Assembly: GCF_963921235.1 (NCBI RefSeq)
Contig: NC_086109.1
Coordinates: 23,748,001 to 23,812,000, forward strand
Source of the DNA: Mobula hypostoma
Lineage: Eukaryota
Length of the DNA stretch: 64,000 bases
Reading direction: 5' to 3'
In this document: piece by piece, positions 53,440 to 64,000 of the stretch
Layout: each line of letters starts with the position of its first letter
How positions within the stretch are numbered: the stretch's first letter is position 1
The notes under the pieces: generated by a model
What the model saw: only the letters and a program-made list of their open reading frames with translations
Database searches by the model: none
Told to the model about the DNA's origin: nothing
Program-made: the position numbers and the translations under genes

Positions 53440-54842
53440 CCAGAATGGGAATCAGGTTTAATATCGCTGGCGTATGTCATGAAATTTGTTGTTCTGCGGC
53501 AGCAGTACATTGCCATACATAATAAAAATGATAAAATACAATAAGGTATATATAATATATAATAATTAGTGCAAGAACAGAGCAAAAAAAAGTGAGCTAG
53601 TGTACATGGATTCATTGTCCATTCAGAAATCTGATGGTGGAGGGGAAGAAGTTGCTGTTAAAACATAGTGCCTTCAGGCTCCTGTATCTCCTCCTAGATG
53701 ATAGGAATGAGAAGGGAGCAAGTCCTGGGTGACGAGGATCCTTAATAGTGGATGTCACCTTTTTGAGGCATTGCCTTTTGAAGATGTCCTCGATACTGGG
53801 GAGCCTAGCGCCCTTCATGGTGCAGTCTAAGTTTGCAACTTTCTGCATCTTTTTTCTGATCCTGTGCAGTGGCCTCTTTGTATAAGATGACGATGCAACC
53901 AGTTAGAATGCTTCCATAGTATATCTGTAAAATCTTGTTAGAGACTTTGGAGACATACCAAATCTCCTCAAACTCCTAATGAAATATAGCTGCTCTTGAG
54001 CCTTCTTCGTAATTGCATCAATATGTTAGGCTTGGGATATTGGCAGACATGTCGACATCCAGAAGCTTGAAACTGCTTACCCTTGCCACCACTGATCCCC
54101 CAATGAGGACTGGTGTGTGTCTCCTTGACTCCCCCTTCCCGAAGTCCACAGGCGATTCTTTGCTCTTACTGACGTTGAATGCAATGCTGTTGCGATACCA
54201 CTCGACCAGCTGATCTGTCTCACTTCCTGTCCCCATCTGAAATTTTGCCAACAATAGCTGTGTCATGAGCAACGTTATAGAAGGCATTTGAGCTGTACCT
54301 AGCCACACAGTCGTGGGTGTAGACAGAGCAGGGCAGTGGTGCTGAGCACGCATTCCTGAGGTACGCCAATGTTGACTGTCAGTGAGGAGGTGATGTTATT
54401 TCTGATCATCACTGACCGTGGTCTCCCGATGAGGAAATCAAGGATCCAGCTGCAGAGAGAGGTATAGAGGCCCAGTTTTTGGAGCTTGGTTAGAACAGAG
54501 GGTGTGATTGTGTTGAACGCTGAGCTGCAATCAATCAATGTCAGCCTGATGTAACTATTTCTATTGTCCAGGTGATCCAAGGCCGAGTGCAGACTGCATC
54601 CGCTGTAGACCTATTGCGGCGATAGGCAAAGTGCATTGGGTCCGGGCCGTTGCTTATGCAGCTGTTTTTTCTGGCTGTGACCAACCACTCAAAGCACTTC
54701 ATCACCGTAGATGTGAGTGCAACTGGGCAGTAGCCATTGAGACAGCTCAATCTGCTCTTCTTGGGCACTGGTATGATTGTCACCCTTTTAAAGCAGGTGG
54801 GAACCTCCAATTGCAGCAGTGAGAGATTGAAGATGTCCTTGA
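53440..54842 (-). mobile_element. Rex1/Babar-type LINE with fragmented RT
   Basis: IFNLSLLQLEVPTCFKRVTIIPVPKK...PVALTSTVMKCFE; IDCSSAFNTI...WILDFLIGRP...GVPQECVLS; RRYRSLK; tail AAACCTGATTC. Confidence 0.9.
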
Positions 54843-55372
54843 AGAAAGTAAATTGAGAGTAGTCGATATCCAAGCTTCTGCTATGAATCATGTCAGGGTT
54901 GTGGTCTTTGCACTGAGAGCATGGACTAGTAAAAATAATACATTGCACTTAAAACTGCTGCAGCTTGATGATTTGAAGCTATAAGGAACCAAGAATTACA
55001 GCTCAAGAGCCGAGTGTAAATAAGAGGGAGAATCCTGACAGATCCCATTCTCGATAGAGAGTTCCACATGCTAAGTACCCAGCCCATGGAACCAGGCAAG
55101 CAAGGCATGAACAGAAAGGGAATTATGTGTCCTTTAATTAACTGTCAGCCTCCTGATGTTCTCCTTATTTAACTGTATGGTGCGTAATAAGTGCCAGTCC
55201 TTTGTGAAGGCTTTTACTCTCGGGTTTATATTGTGCAGCCCTATATTGGGCAGCCCTATACAAAACTGGAAGAAAAGCACGTTTATAGACATTGGAGGTA
55301 ATGCTGACCTGAACTGAGCTGATGGTACAGGTGAGAATAGTTGGTCATCTTACACCTACCTCCTGATTTTTA

Positions 55373-55412
55373 TTTCTCCCATCTCTGATGCTTGCATCAG
55401 AGATGGGAGAAA
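55373..55412. repeat. Perfect 19-bp inverted repeat with 2-nt spacer
   Basis: TTTCTCCCATCTCTGATGC-TT-GCATCAGAGATGGGAGAAA. Confidence 0.95.
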
Positions 55413-56840
55413 ATGCTGTTTAGAATTTTAAACTATCATAAAAGTAGCTGTCTGCAAACAAACTGTTGCTATAGTAAAATGTGAGATTGCATGCAGGGGT
55501 TGGCAGTGTCAATACATACCCCAATTTCAGACTATCCGGAGATCTATAGGGTTGCGCTTAAACCACAGCCCAGGATAATCATAGATCCGTCTAACAGCCA
55601 TTCAGCTCTTTTGTAAAAAGAATTTAGCACAGTTATTATCTAAAACAAATCTGCATTCAATTTTGAACTAATTGGAAATGTCACCCGGAGATTCCAGAGA
55701 TTGTTGCAGTTTGTAACAATGGACATGGACATATACAGTAAACCCAACGACTTTTTAATAAAGAGTAAGGCTGCCATCCTGGGATCTCATAACTTCATTA
55801 CTGAGGGTTCTTTACCCAAATATGGGATTTCTTTATATTGAAATACCCAAGTTCTTCCCACTGCCTATCCCTGTGATCTGAACATATATCTTCGACTGAG
55901 TTTTTGCTTACTAATTTTAATGAAATCGCTTTTAATTTTTCCTTGTGTGACATAGTGTCAAATTATATCAAGATATCCTCCCATAAAGCACCTTAGGATA
56001 ATTTCCTACCTTAAGTGTTTGACAAGTCACTGACAAAAGTTAAAAATATGGAATGCTCGGAGGTGGCAGGGACGTCGGAGAGAAGGTTCACAAAAGGAGA
56101 GTAAGAGAGACGTTCTAGAGAATTAAGGAAGAATATTAATGCAGGCAGTTTAAATAGATCCATTTGCTGGTTGGCGAAGAGATTGAACACCAGAACGAGA
56201 AGCTGGGATTAATTTACTGAAAAGCCCAGTCAGTGTTGAGTTAGCGACCTTTCTGTTCTTAAAATCTCTGAAACTCTACTGTTTGGAAAATATTTGCCAT
56301 CACCCAAAGGATTATCTCCTTGTTGCTGGCAGACTCCAGCTCTCCTTCATCTGGAGCTCAATCTGTTATTTATAACGCAGCCAAATGAATCTGTTTGGTA
56401 TTGAAAGTCTGTGGAAAATGTGCTAGCAATTTTTTGCCATTATATTCATATGCAACTCAATACAAATTAAACAAACAACATGTTCTTACTTCTCCCGGGC
56501 CATATCAAGTCTAGAGACACAGCCTGCACTTGGCTTTGAATAAACTCCATTGTGCTTCACAGGGCTGAGTCAGCACTCATTACAGGAGGCCATACCTAAA
56601 ATAGCCTCGACTGATGTCAGAACTCAAATCAGTACAGCTGAACTTTTGGTAGCTGAAACAGAACAGTAGGTTAAAGTTTCAGGTCTAATATAAAATATTT
56701 TGTCTTTTCACTTTCGGATATTGCTGTTTGTGGGAACTGGCTGTACACAAAGTGATCATATTCCCAACATTGCAACAGAGACTGCATTCAACCACGAGAT
56801 GTGAAATTGCATTGGGTTATCCTGAGGTTACGATAGGGAG

Positions 56841-57052
56841 AATAGGCAGCCGGTGGTGTTGTGGCATCTGCACCGGACTTCAAGGTGAGTAGTCCTGGGT
56901 TCGAATCCGGCCGGCTCCTTTCACGCTTTCCACCCGTGCTGGGTTGAGCATCGAGCTAGCAACTCAGCCTTGTAAAAAACTGACAAGTGCTAAAGAGACA
57001 CACTATGGTTGCCACCTGATGTGCCACAAGGCACGGAGAGGAACAACAGGAT
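56841..57052 (+). mobile_element. tRNA-derived SINE (non-V-SINE family)
   Basis: A box TGGTGTTGTGG, B box GGTTCGAATCC; 9-bp TSD GATAGGGAG (56832-56840, 57053-57061). Confidence 0.8.
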
Positions 57053-57369
57053 GATAGGGAGGAACCTAGTTAGTTAGAGGTTTATTGTCTTTACTGAGGA
57101 CAATGAGATTACAGTGCCACTCCATCCAGTGCAGAACAACATTCTGGCAATTCAGTTGCTAAAAACGAAAAACACAAGGTTGGTAGGTTAATTGGCCCTT
57201 TGTATAGGTAAGTGGGGGACTGATTGAAATGTGGGGAGACTGAAAATGGGATTGATATCAATGGATATGTGATGGGTTTAGCATGGACTTGGTGGGACGA
57301 AGGGCATACTTCCCACACTGTATGGCTCTTAGACATACACATCATTGAAAGAAAAATTTATTTGAAGAT

Positions 57370-57575
57370 TTACAAAGGTAACAGGCCCATCAAGCCCATG
57401 TGACCAATTAACCTATTAACCCATCTGTAGGTCTTTGGAATGTGGAAAGAAACCAGAGCACCTGGGAAAAACCCAAGTGGTCACAGGGAGAACGTACAAA
57501 CTCCTCCCGGACAGAAGTGGAAATTGAAACTGGGTTGCTCGCACCGTAATAGCATCACGCTAACGGCTACGCTAC
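57370..57575 (-). mobile_element. V-SINE (HE1-like)
   Basis: GTCTTTGGAATGTGGAAAGAAACCAGAGCACC...GAACGTACAAACTCC. Confidence 0.75.
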
Positions 57576-57899
57576 GGTGCAACCCCGAAGTGTTATGTTA
57601 ACTGCTACACTACTGTACCGCCATACATGGAGGGCTATGTGGGACAGATGGGTTAGATTGATCTTGTGGCATAGGTTAAAAGATCAACACAACATTGTGA
57701 GCCGAAGGGCTTGTATTCTGCCTCACTGTTCTACATTCTGTGTCTCCAGATTCATGATACTGCTTTCATCGACTGTCTTTATTGTTTTATCATTTTTTGA
57801 CACTCTTACCTTAGCCTGAAGATTCAAAACTCCCTCTATTGCTTCGTGACATACCTGACTCATCAAATTTAGTGCAGAAAAGAATGGTCAAAATTACTT

Positions 57900-58190
57900 A
57901 TTTAGAGATACAGCACAGAATAGGTAGACCCTTTTGGCCCTTAGTCCACACCTCTGAGCAACCCCCGATAACCCTGATTTATCCCTAACCTAATCATAAT
58001 TTACAATGACCAATTAACCTACCTGCAACTTCTATGGCCCGTGGGAGGAAACCAGAGCTCCTGGAGAAAACCCACGCATTCTGTGTGGAGAATGTACAGA
58101 GACTCCTCGCAGAGGACGCTAGGATTGAACTCTGAATTCCGACGCCTTGAGCTATAACTGTGCCGTGCTAATCACTAGACTACCGTGGTT
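57900..58190 (-). mobile_element. V-SINE (HE1-like)
   Basis: GTGGGAGGAAACCAGAGCTCCTGGAGAAAACCCACGCA; head ATTGAACTCTGAATTCCGACGCC. Confidence 0.75.
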
Positions 58191-58896
58191 CCCCAGCCAT
58201 TCTTCAGATGACTGCATATGACAATGCCATTCGTTTGTTCAAATGGCCAAAGTGGATATATAAGATCCCAGAGTACTAATTTGAAAATTGCTGTGGATTC
58301 TTGTTCAGGTTTATAAAAGCCAGCCCTGGTGTCTCCAGTCTATTTTGGAGCCCTCAGCACAGTAGGTTTGCAAAGAATCAGGCTGAGATTGCCTGAAGTC
58401 ATTTGAAATACAGCTCTTAAAGCTGGCAGCAGGGTGAGACTTTCACAATGTCGGTCTGTGCCAATCTTTTCAGTCTCATATCACTTAGTGTGCCACATCA
58501 ACAACTGAGATAGACTGCCAAGTTTTGATTCCGACTGAGTTACTGAAGCTTGGTAGATTGTCATCAATGAGTTATGTCCTTTCCTACAAAGACAAAGAAG
58601 AGTAGCAGATTGGGAAAATTGAGTTTTAAACTCACTGCCTGAAAGAGAGATGGAAGCAGCAAACCTTATCACATTTAAAATGTACCTGATGGAGCACTTG
58701 GTGATATATAACCTAAAATGGAAGTAAGCTAAATCATTCTATTTGGTGCTAACATGTGCAAGATGGGCTGAACAGCCTTCACCTGTGCTCCAACATACCT
58801 GTGATTTAAGAGAGAAGAAATAAGAAAAGATATTCAGCCCTTCTAACTTAATTATCCCAGGAAGTACATGCAGTCTAATTCTTCATGCACAAATCC

Positions 58897-59507
58897 ACCA
58901 GTGCCTTTACTTCCTGAGAAAACTAAAGAAATTTGGCCTGTCCTCTAAAGCCCTCACTAATTTTTATAGATGCACCGTAGAAAGCATTCTTCTAGGGTGC
59001 ATCACAACCTGGTATGGAAGTTGTCCTGTCCAAGACCGGAAGAAGCTGCAGAAGATCATGAACACGGTGCAGCACATCACACAAACCAATCTTCCGTCTA
59101 AAGACTCACTTTACACCGCACGCTGTCGGAGCAGTGCTGCCAGGATAATCAAGGACACGACCCACCCAGCCAACACACTTTTTGTCCCTCTTCCCTCCGG
59201 GAGAAGGCTCAGGAGCTTAAAGGCTCGTACGGCCAGATTTGGGAACAGCTTCTCTCCAACTGTGATAAGACTACTGAACGGACCCTGACCCGGAACTGGG
59301 CCGTAACCTCCAAATATCCGGATCTGCCTCTCGGTTTTTTTGCACTACCTTACTTTCCATTTTTCTATTTTCTATTTATGAATTATAATTTAAATTTTTA
59401 ACATTTACTATCGATTTGTAATCCAGAGAGCGGGAAGCGCAGAATCAAATATCGCTGTGATGATTGTACGTTCTAGTATCAATTGTTTGGCGACAATAAA
59501 GTATAAA
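58897..59507 (+). mobile_element. Rex1/Babar 3' fragment, well preserved
   Basis: Frame LYFLRKLKKFGLSSKALTNFYRCTVESILLGCITTWYG continuing into ORF 59058..59288 (LPSGRRLRSLKARTARFGNSFSP); ends AATAAAGTATAAA. Confidence 0.9.
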
Positions 59508-59589
59508 TCCTGTTCAAAGTGTATAGCATTAATAGCTGCAGAATCTAATACACACATATTAGAGGGCAATTTGAAGAGAAGGATGCAGG

Positions 59590-59800
59590 AAAGGATCCTT
59601 CTTCTCCAGCCCTTGACCATTCCCACCCTATCTGGCTTCACCTATTACCTTCCAGCTAGCCTTCTACTCCTCCCCCCGGCTTTTTATTCTGGCATCTTCC
59701 CCCTTCCTTTCCAGTCCAGATTACGGGTCTTAGCCTGAAACGTTTAATCATTTCAAACATAGATGCTGCCTGGCCTGCTGAGTTCCTCCAGCATTTTATA
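59590..59800 (+). mobile_element. Penelope 3' fragment
   Basis: CCTTCTTCTCCAGCCC...GATGCTGCCTGGCCTGCTGAGTTCCTCCAGCATTTT; decayed hammerhead ~59712-59745. Confidence 0.7.
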
Positions 59801-60269
59801 TGCCCTGCTTAGGAGAAATAAATGTATTGCTCCATTTTCGAAATGGAATCCAGAGTGTTCCTGGTTCATCTGATATTCAACAAACAATCAGACTGTCCCT
59901 AAGTTACAAGTGTCTAGTTTATAAACATCTCATACATATGAACAAGTTCCTATAATCCTATTAAATTAAAAACCCTGACAGACATGTATATATGCATTTA
60001 CAACATAGAACAGCCGAGCATGGAGACAGGGCATTCGACCCACAGTATTTGTGCTGACTATGATGCCGGATTAATCTGAGCTTATTTGCCTGCACGTGAT
60101 CCCCATCAGAATCAGGTTATAACCACTTTCCTATGACACAGCAAATTTGTTGTTTTGCAGTAGCAGTATAGTGCAAAAACAGTAAAATGACCATAAATTA
60201 CAAAATAAATAAATAGTGCGAGGTAGTGGTTGGTTGGTAAATAAATAGTGCGAGGTAGTTGATAGGTCC

Positions 60270-60720
60270 GTGGCTCTTTCCATTCCCTGCCTGTTGATGT
60301 GCCTTTAAATGAGTGACTCTTAAACACCACTATTGTGTTCACTTCCATCGTCACCCCTGACAGTGCATGCCAAGCATCTACCACTCTCTGGGTAAAATAA
60401 GCTCATCCTCTCACACCTCCTGGAAGCTTTACTGTGAGAAGAGGAAAGTCATGTCCTCAGGTATTTAAATTTTCTAGCCAGTTAAAAAGATTCAGACTGC
60501 CTACCCATTCTATGCCTTCCATAACTTTATAAACCTCTGGCAGTCCACTTCTCAGCCTCCAGTGCTCCAGAGAAAACATTCCAAGTTTGGCTGACCTGTT
60601 CTCGGAGCTGATACCCTCTAATCTAGGCAACTTCCTGGTGAACCTCCTCAGCACCCTCTCCAAAACATCCACATCCTTCCTGCAGAAGAGTGATCAGACT
60701 ACACACAATCCTCCAAATAT
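60270..60720 (-). mobile_element. Degenerate CR1 fragment
   Basis: ORF 60457..60672 LERVLRRFTRKLPRL...LGMFSLEHWRLRSGLPEVYK. Confidence 0.75.
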
Positions 60721-63002
60721 CCAGACCAATCAAAGATGGCAGAATGAGTTTCCTTTCTCTCTTTTAGTAAATGTTCCTTTTTATCAGTCTGATGACATTC
60801 ATTGCAGTACTGTGGAGATATCTTGACCCTATTGAATATTTTCTACCTATGGACAAAATAAACTTAAGGGCCTCTATAAAAACAAAACCAATAGGACACC
60901 TGGAGACTGTCTGTAGTTCAGCAATCAGAGTTTGTGAGATTGAATCTCAAAAATCTCCAAAAACAATCATGGCAGAAATATCTACTTCATTAAAATGTGC
61001 TGTCAAGATAGCAATTGACATGTTTCCTCTAACTATTTTTAATGAGTCTAAACTTTTGCAAAGTTTGTAGTTCCTCCTAAAGAGAATGAAATATCTATCT
61101 TTAGGTGGTTGAAGCAGAAAATGTTGTAAACCCTCAGCAGGTCAGACAGCAGCTTTGAAAAGAGAACTAGAAAATAACTTATGGGTCAAAGATCCTTCAA
61201 TCAGGTTTGAAATGTCAATTCTGTTTTTCTTTCTACATATACTGCTTGATCTGTGGAGTGCTTTCAGCATTTTCTGTTTCACTTCTTCAGATTTTCACCT
61301 GTAGTTTCTAGGATTTTCATCTATCTCTAGGTGGTTGCAAAGGGCCACTTCAAAGATTCAGGAGTTGGTTGCTTGGTATTGCTGGATATTCTGAAGGAAC
61401 GGACTTGGAAGGCTTTAAATCCACAGTATAACCTACATTCTTTACAACCAGCCCACTTTTCAGCAGTGCCATAGATCACCAGTGGCGCAACTTTACAGCA
61501 GTTAGTACGGATCTCACCCCCATCGAGTTACCCGCTTTTGAAACTAATCTCTGTCATTTGCATGGCGTGCACAAGTTTATCAGTGCTCCAGTTTCCTCCT
61601 ATAACCCAAAGACATGCAGGTGGGCCAGTGAGCCCTCGGTGCAGCACAGATCAAAGTTCAAAGCAAATTTATTCTTCCTTTTATTTATTATTCATCGAGG
61701 AATGAGACTGATGGGTGTATTCTGTGGGCTGACATAGACTCAACGGGTTCAATGGCCTCCTTCTATATCATCGGAAAATATATCAGTTATCCAGTTGAAC
61801 AGAAAACTAAGTGCGTATTCATGCATTTGTCTAGATGAAATATACACTTCAATAATGCGATTGGTTGGCACACTTTTTCCTGGCGGGTGAGAAAGATTGG
61901 TTGAGGCACTGGGGAGCTGTCTGATTTTCAAAATCCTTTCCAAAATCATGGGGCTTTCAAAATCCTTCCCAACCAAACCTCACCCTAACGAAAAGTCCGG
62001 ACTCTGATAGCTCAGATAATGGGGGACCCCTGCAGGGAACATGCCAGCCCTGACACCAGCTTTGACCCACAGCCTTGTGATCTGGATTTGAGAATGCCAA
62101 ACAGATCTGTATGTGGTAAAGAGCATGGAATGTTTTAAAAGTGAAGAAACGTTTCTTGTAAAATGAATTTAAGGACTATAAAAACATTAGAACACAAAGT
62201 GGCCATTCATCCCATTGAGTCTGCTCCACTTAATTAAATCTGCACCACACTGCATTTAACCGCCTTTCCTCCATATTCTTTAATCCTCTCACCCAACTTA
62301 ATGTTTTGATGTCTGGTTTGATTTGAATTGCTCCTACATATCACCGAACCTTTGGGAGATATAGCTCCAGATCTCCATTAATCCTGCTATGGAAAAGTGC
62401 TTCCTCATTTCATCTAAGTGGCTTGATTCTAGTTTTCGGATAGTGCTGCCTTTGTTTGGGATTCCCTTGCAGCAGAGAAAACCATTCCTCTGCATTTACT
62501 CAACCAACACCCTTTAATGTCTTAAACACCTGGATTAAGATTGCTATTCAACCACTACCCTCACGAGAATACAACCAACGTTTTGAAATATATTCTTGTA
62601 AATTAACCCTTTAATATCCACTCTGCAAAGAGTTTTTAACAACTTTTGTAATGTCAGTACTAACTCTTTTTGTCTTGTATAATTGTCCCTTTGACAGTTA
62701 GTCTCCCTTGTTTTTGAGCATGATTGTGATTTTGTTCTTTCTTCTCTGAATTTCAAAACCCAAAACTTTATCCAGTTTTGACGATGGGACATTGAGTTTA
62801 AACTTCAACAGTTTCACTGCTCACAGCTGTTGCCTTATCTCCCCAAGTGGTTTTTGTTTGCTTTATTTCAAATGTCCAGCAGCTGCAGTATTTTGCTTTT
62901 GCTTTTGCTTTTACAGTTTGGATATTGGTTAAAGATTACTGCCTTTTTCTATAAACTGCTGAATTACTGATGAAACCGAAGAAAGGGGAAAACAGTCTTT
63001 GT

Positions 63003-64000
63003 TTCACAAAATAATCTGTAGACGCTGGGGTCAAAGCAACACGCACAACATGCTGGAGGAACTCAGCAGGTCGGGCAGCATCAGTGGAAAAGATCGATTG
63101 ACGTTTCGGGCTGGAACCCTTCATCAGGACTGCAGGGGGAAGGGGCAGAGGCCCTATAAAGAAGGTGGGGGGAGGGTGGGAAGGAGAAGGCTGGTAGGTT
63201 CCAGGAGAAAAACCAGTAAGGGGAAAGATAAAGGGGTGGGGGAAAGGAGACAAAAATGCCATTCCCTATTCCCAGTTCCCCTGTCTCCGCCACATCTGCT
63301 CCAAGGATGAGGTTTTTCATTCCAGGACATCTCAAATGTCCTCTTTCTTTAAGGATCGTGGTTTCCCTTCTGCCGTCATCAATGATGCCCTCACCCGCAT
63401 CTCCTCCATTTCCCGCACTTCGGCTCTCACCCCATCCTCCCGCCACCACAACAGGGACAGAGTTTCCCTTGTCCTCACCTACCACCCCACTAGCCTCCGG
63501 ATCCAACACATTATCCTCCACAACTTCCGCCAGCTTCAACAGGACCCCACCACTAAGCACATCTTTCCCTCTCCACCCCTCTCCGCCTTCCGCAGGGTTC
63601 GGTCCCTCCGTGACTCCCTGGTCCACACGTCCCTCCCCACGGATCTCCCACCTGGCACTTATCCCTGTAAGCGCAAGTGCTACACCTGTCCCTACACCTC
63701 CTCTCTTGCCACCATTCAGGGCCCCAAACAGTCCTTCCAAGTGAGGCAACACTTCACTTGTGAGTCTGTTGGGGTCATCTATTGCATCCGGTGCTCCCGC
63801 TGTGGCCTCCTCTACATCGGTGAAACCCAACGCAGATTGGGGGACCGCTTCGTCGAGCACCTCTGCTCCGTCCGCCACAACAGACAAGATTTCCCAGTAG
63901 CCACCCTCTTCAACTCTGCTTCCCGCTCCCACTCAGATATGTCCATACATGGCCTCCTCTACTGCCATGATGAGGCTAAACTCAGGTTGGAGGATCAACA
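63003..64000 (+). mobile_element. Penelope-like element (Neptune-type) with inverted 5' pseudo-LTR; runs off the window
   Basis: 63003-63250 is a minus-orientation pLTR end with a hammerhead motif at ~63100-63132, fused to a plus-strand coding fragment. Confidence 0.9.
63252..64000 (+). pseudogene. Penelope RT-thumb/linker and GIY-YIG endonuclease, 5'-truncated, stop-free to the window end
   Basis: Manual translation from 63252: KNAIPYSQFPCLRHICS...RGFP...LVLTYHP...YPCKRKCYTC...FTCESVGVIYCIRCSRCGLLYIGETQRRLGDRFVEH; absent from the ORF track because it has no stop in the window. Confidence 0.9.

Noticed and set aside
56845..56915. Possible tRNA gene
   Set aside because: Continues into a SINE body with a TSD and has no Pol III terminator directly after; treated as a SINE head.
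60207..60259. Short direct repeats (also 51583-51616 and 55236-55260)
   Set aside because: Ordinary local slippage duplications with no further structure.
63081..63932. 283-aa minus-strand ORF and 162-aa plus ORF 63256..63744
   Set aside because: Antisense and off-frame shadows of the Penelope endonuclease frame starting at 63252.

Overview
Repeat-rich vertebrate genomic DNA. The repeat complement (HE1/V-SINEs, CR1, Rex1/Babar, RTE, Neptune-type Penelope) points to a cartilaginous fish, probably a ray or shark (inference). The only host gene I can support is MDFI (MyoD family inhibitor, I-mfa) on the minus strand. Its last two coding exons (28359-28685 and 23878-24131) have canonical, phase-compatible splice sites; its 5' exons were not located with confidence. 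Most other ORFs in the track are transposon debris or shadow frames. The most notable observations are: (1) a Sleeping Beauty-like Tc1 element (844-2486) built from two RIGHT ends, giving ~433-bp inverted repeats, that nonetheless sits in a clean TA duplication; (2) many tiny, TSD-flanked Penelope-derived insertions, often fold-backs, several carrying minimal hammerhead-ribozyme motifs (best at 42272-42307), plus a stop-free Penelope GIY-YIG frame at the window end; (3) two solo LTRs, hAT fossils/MITEs, bipartite RTE elements and a four-layer nested insertion. I found no convincing, wholly new protein-coding system. Repeat family names come from recalled consensus similarity, not database searches, and boundaries without a stated TSD/TIR are approximate.
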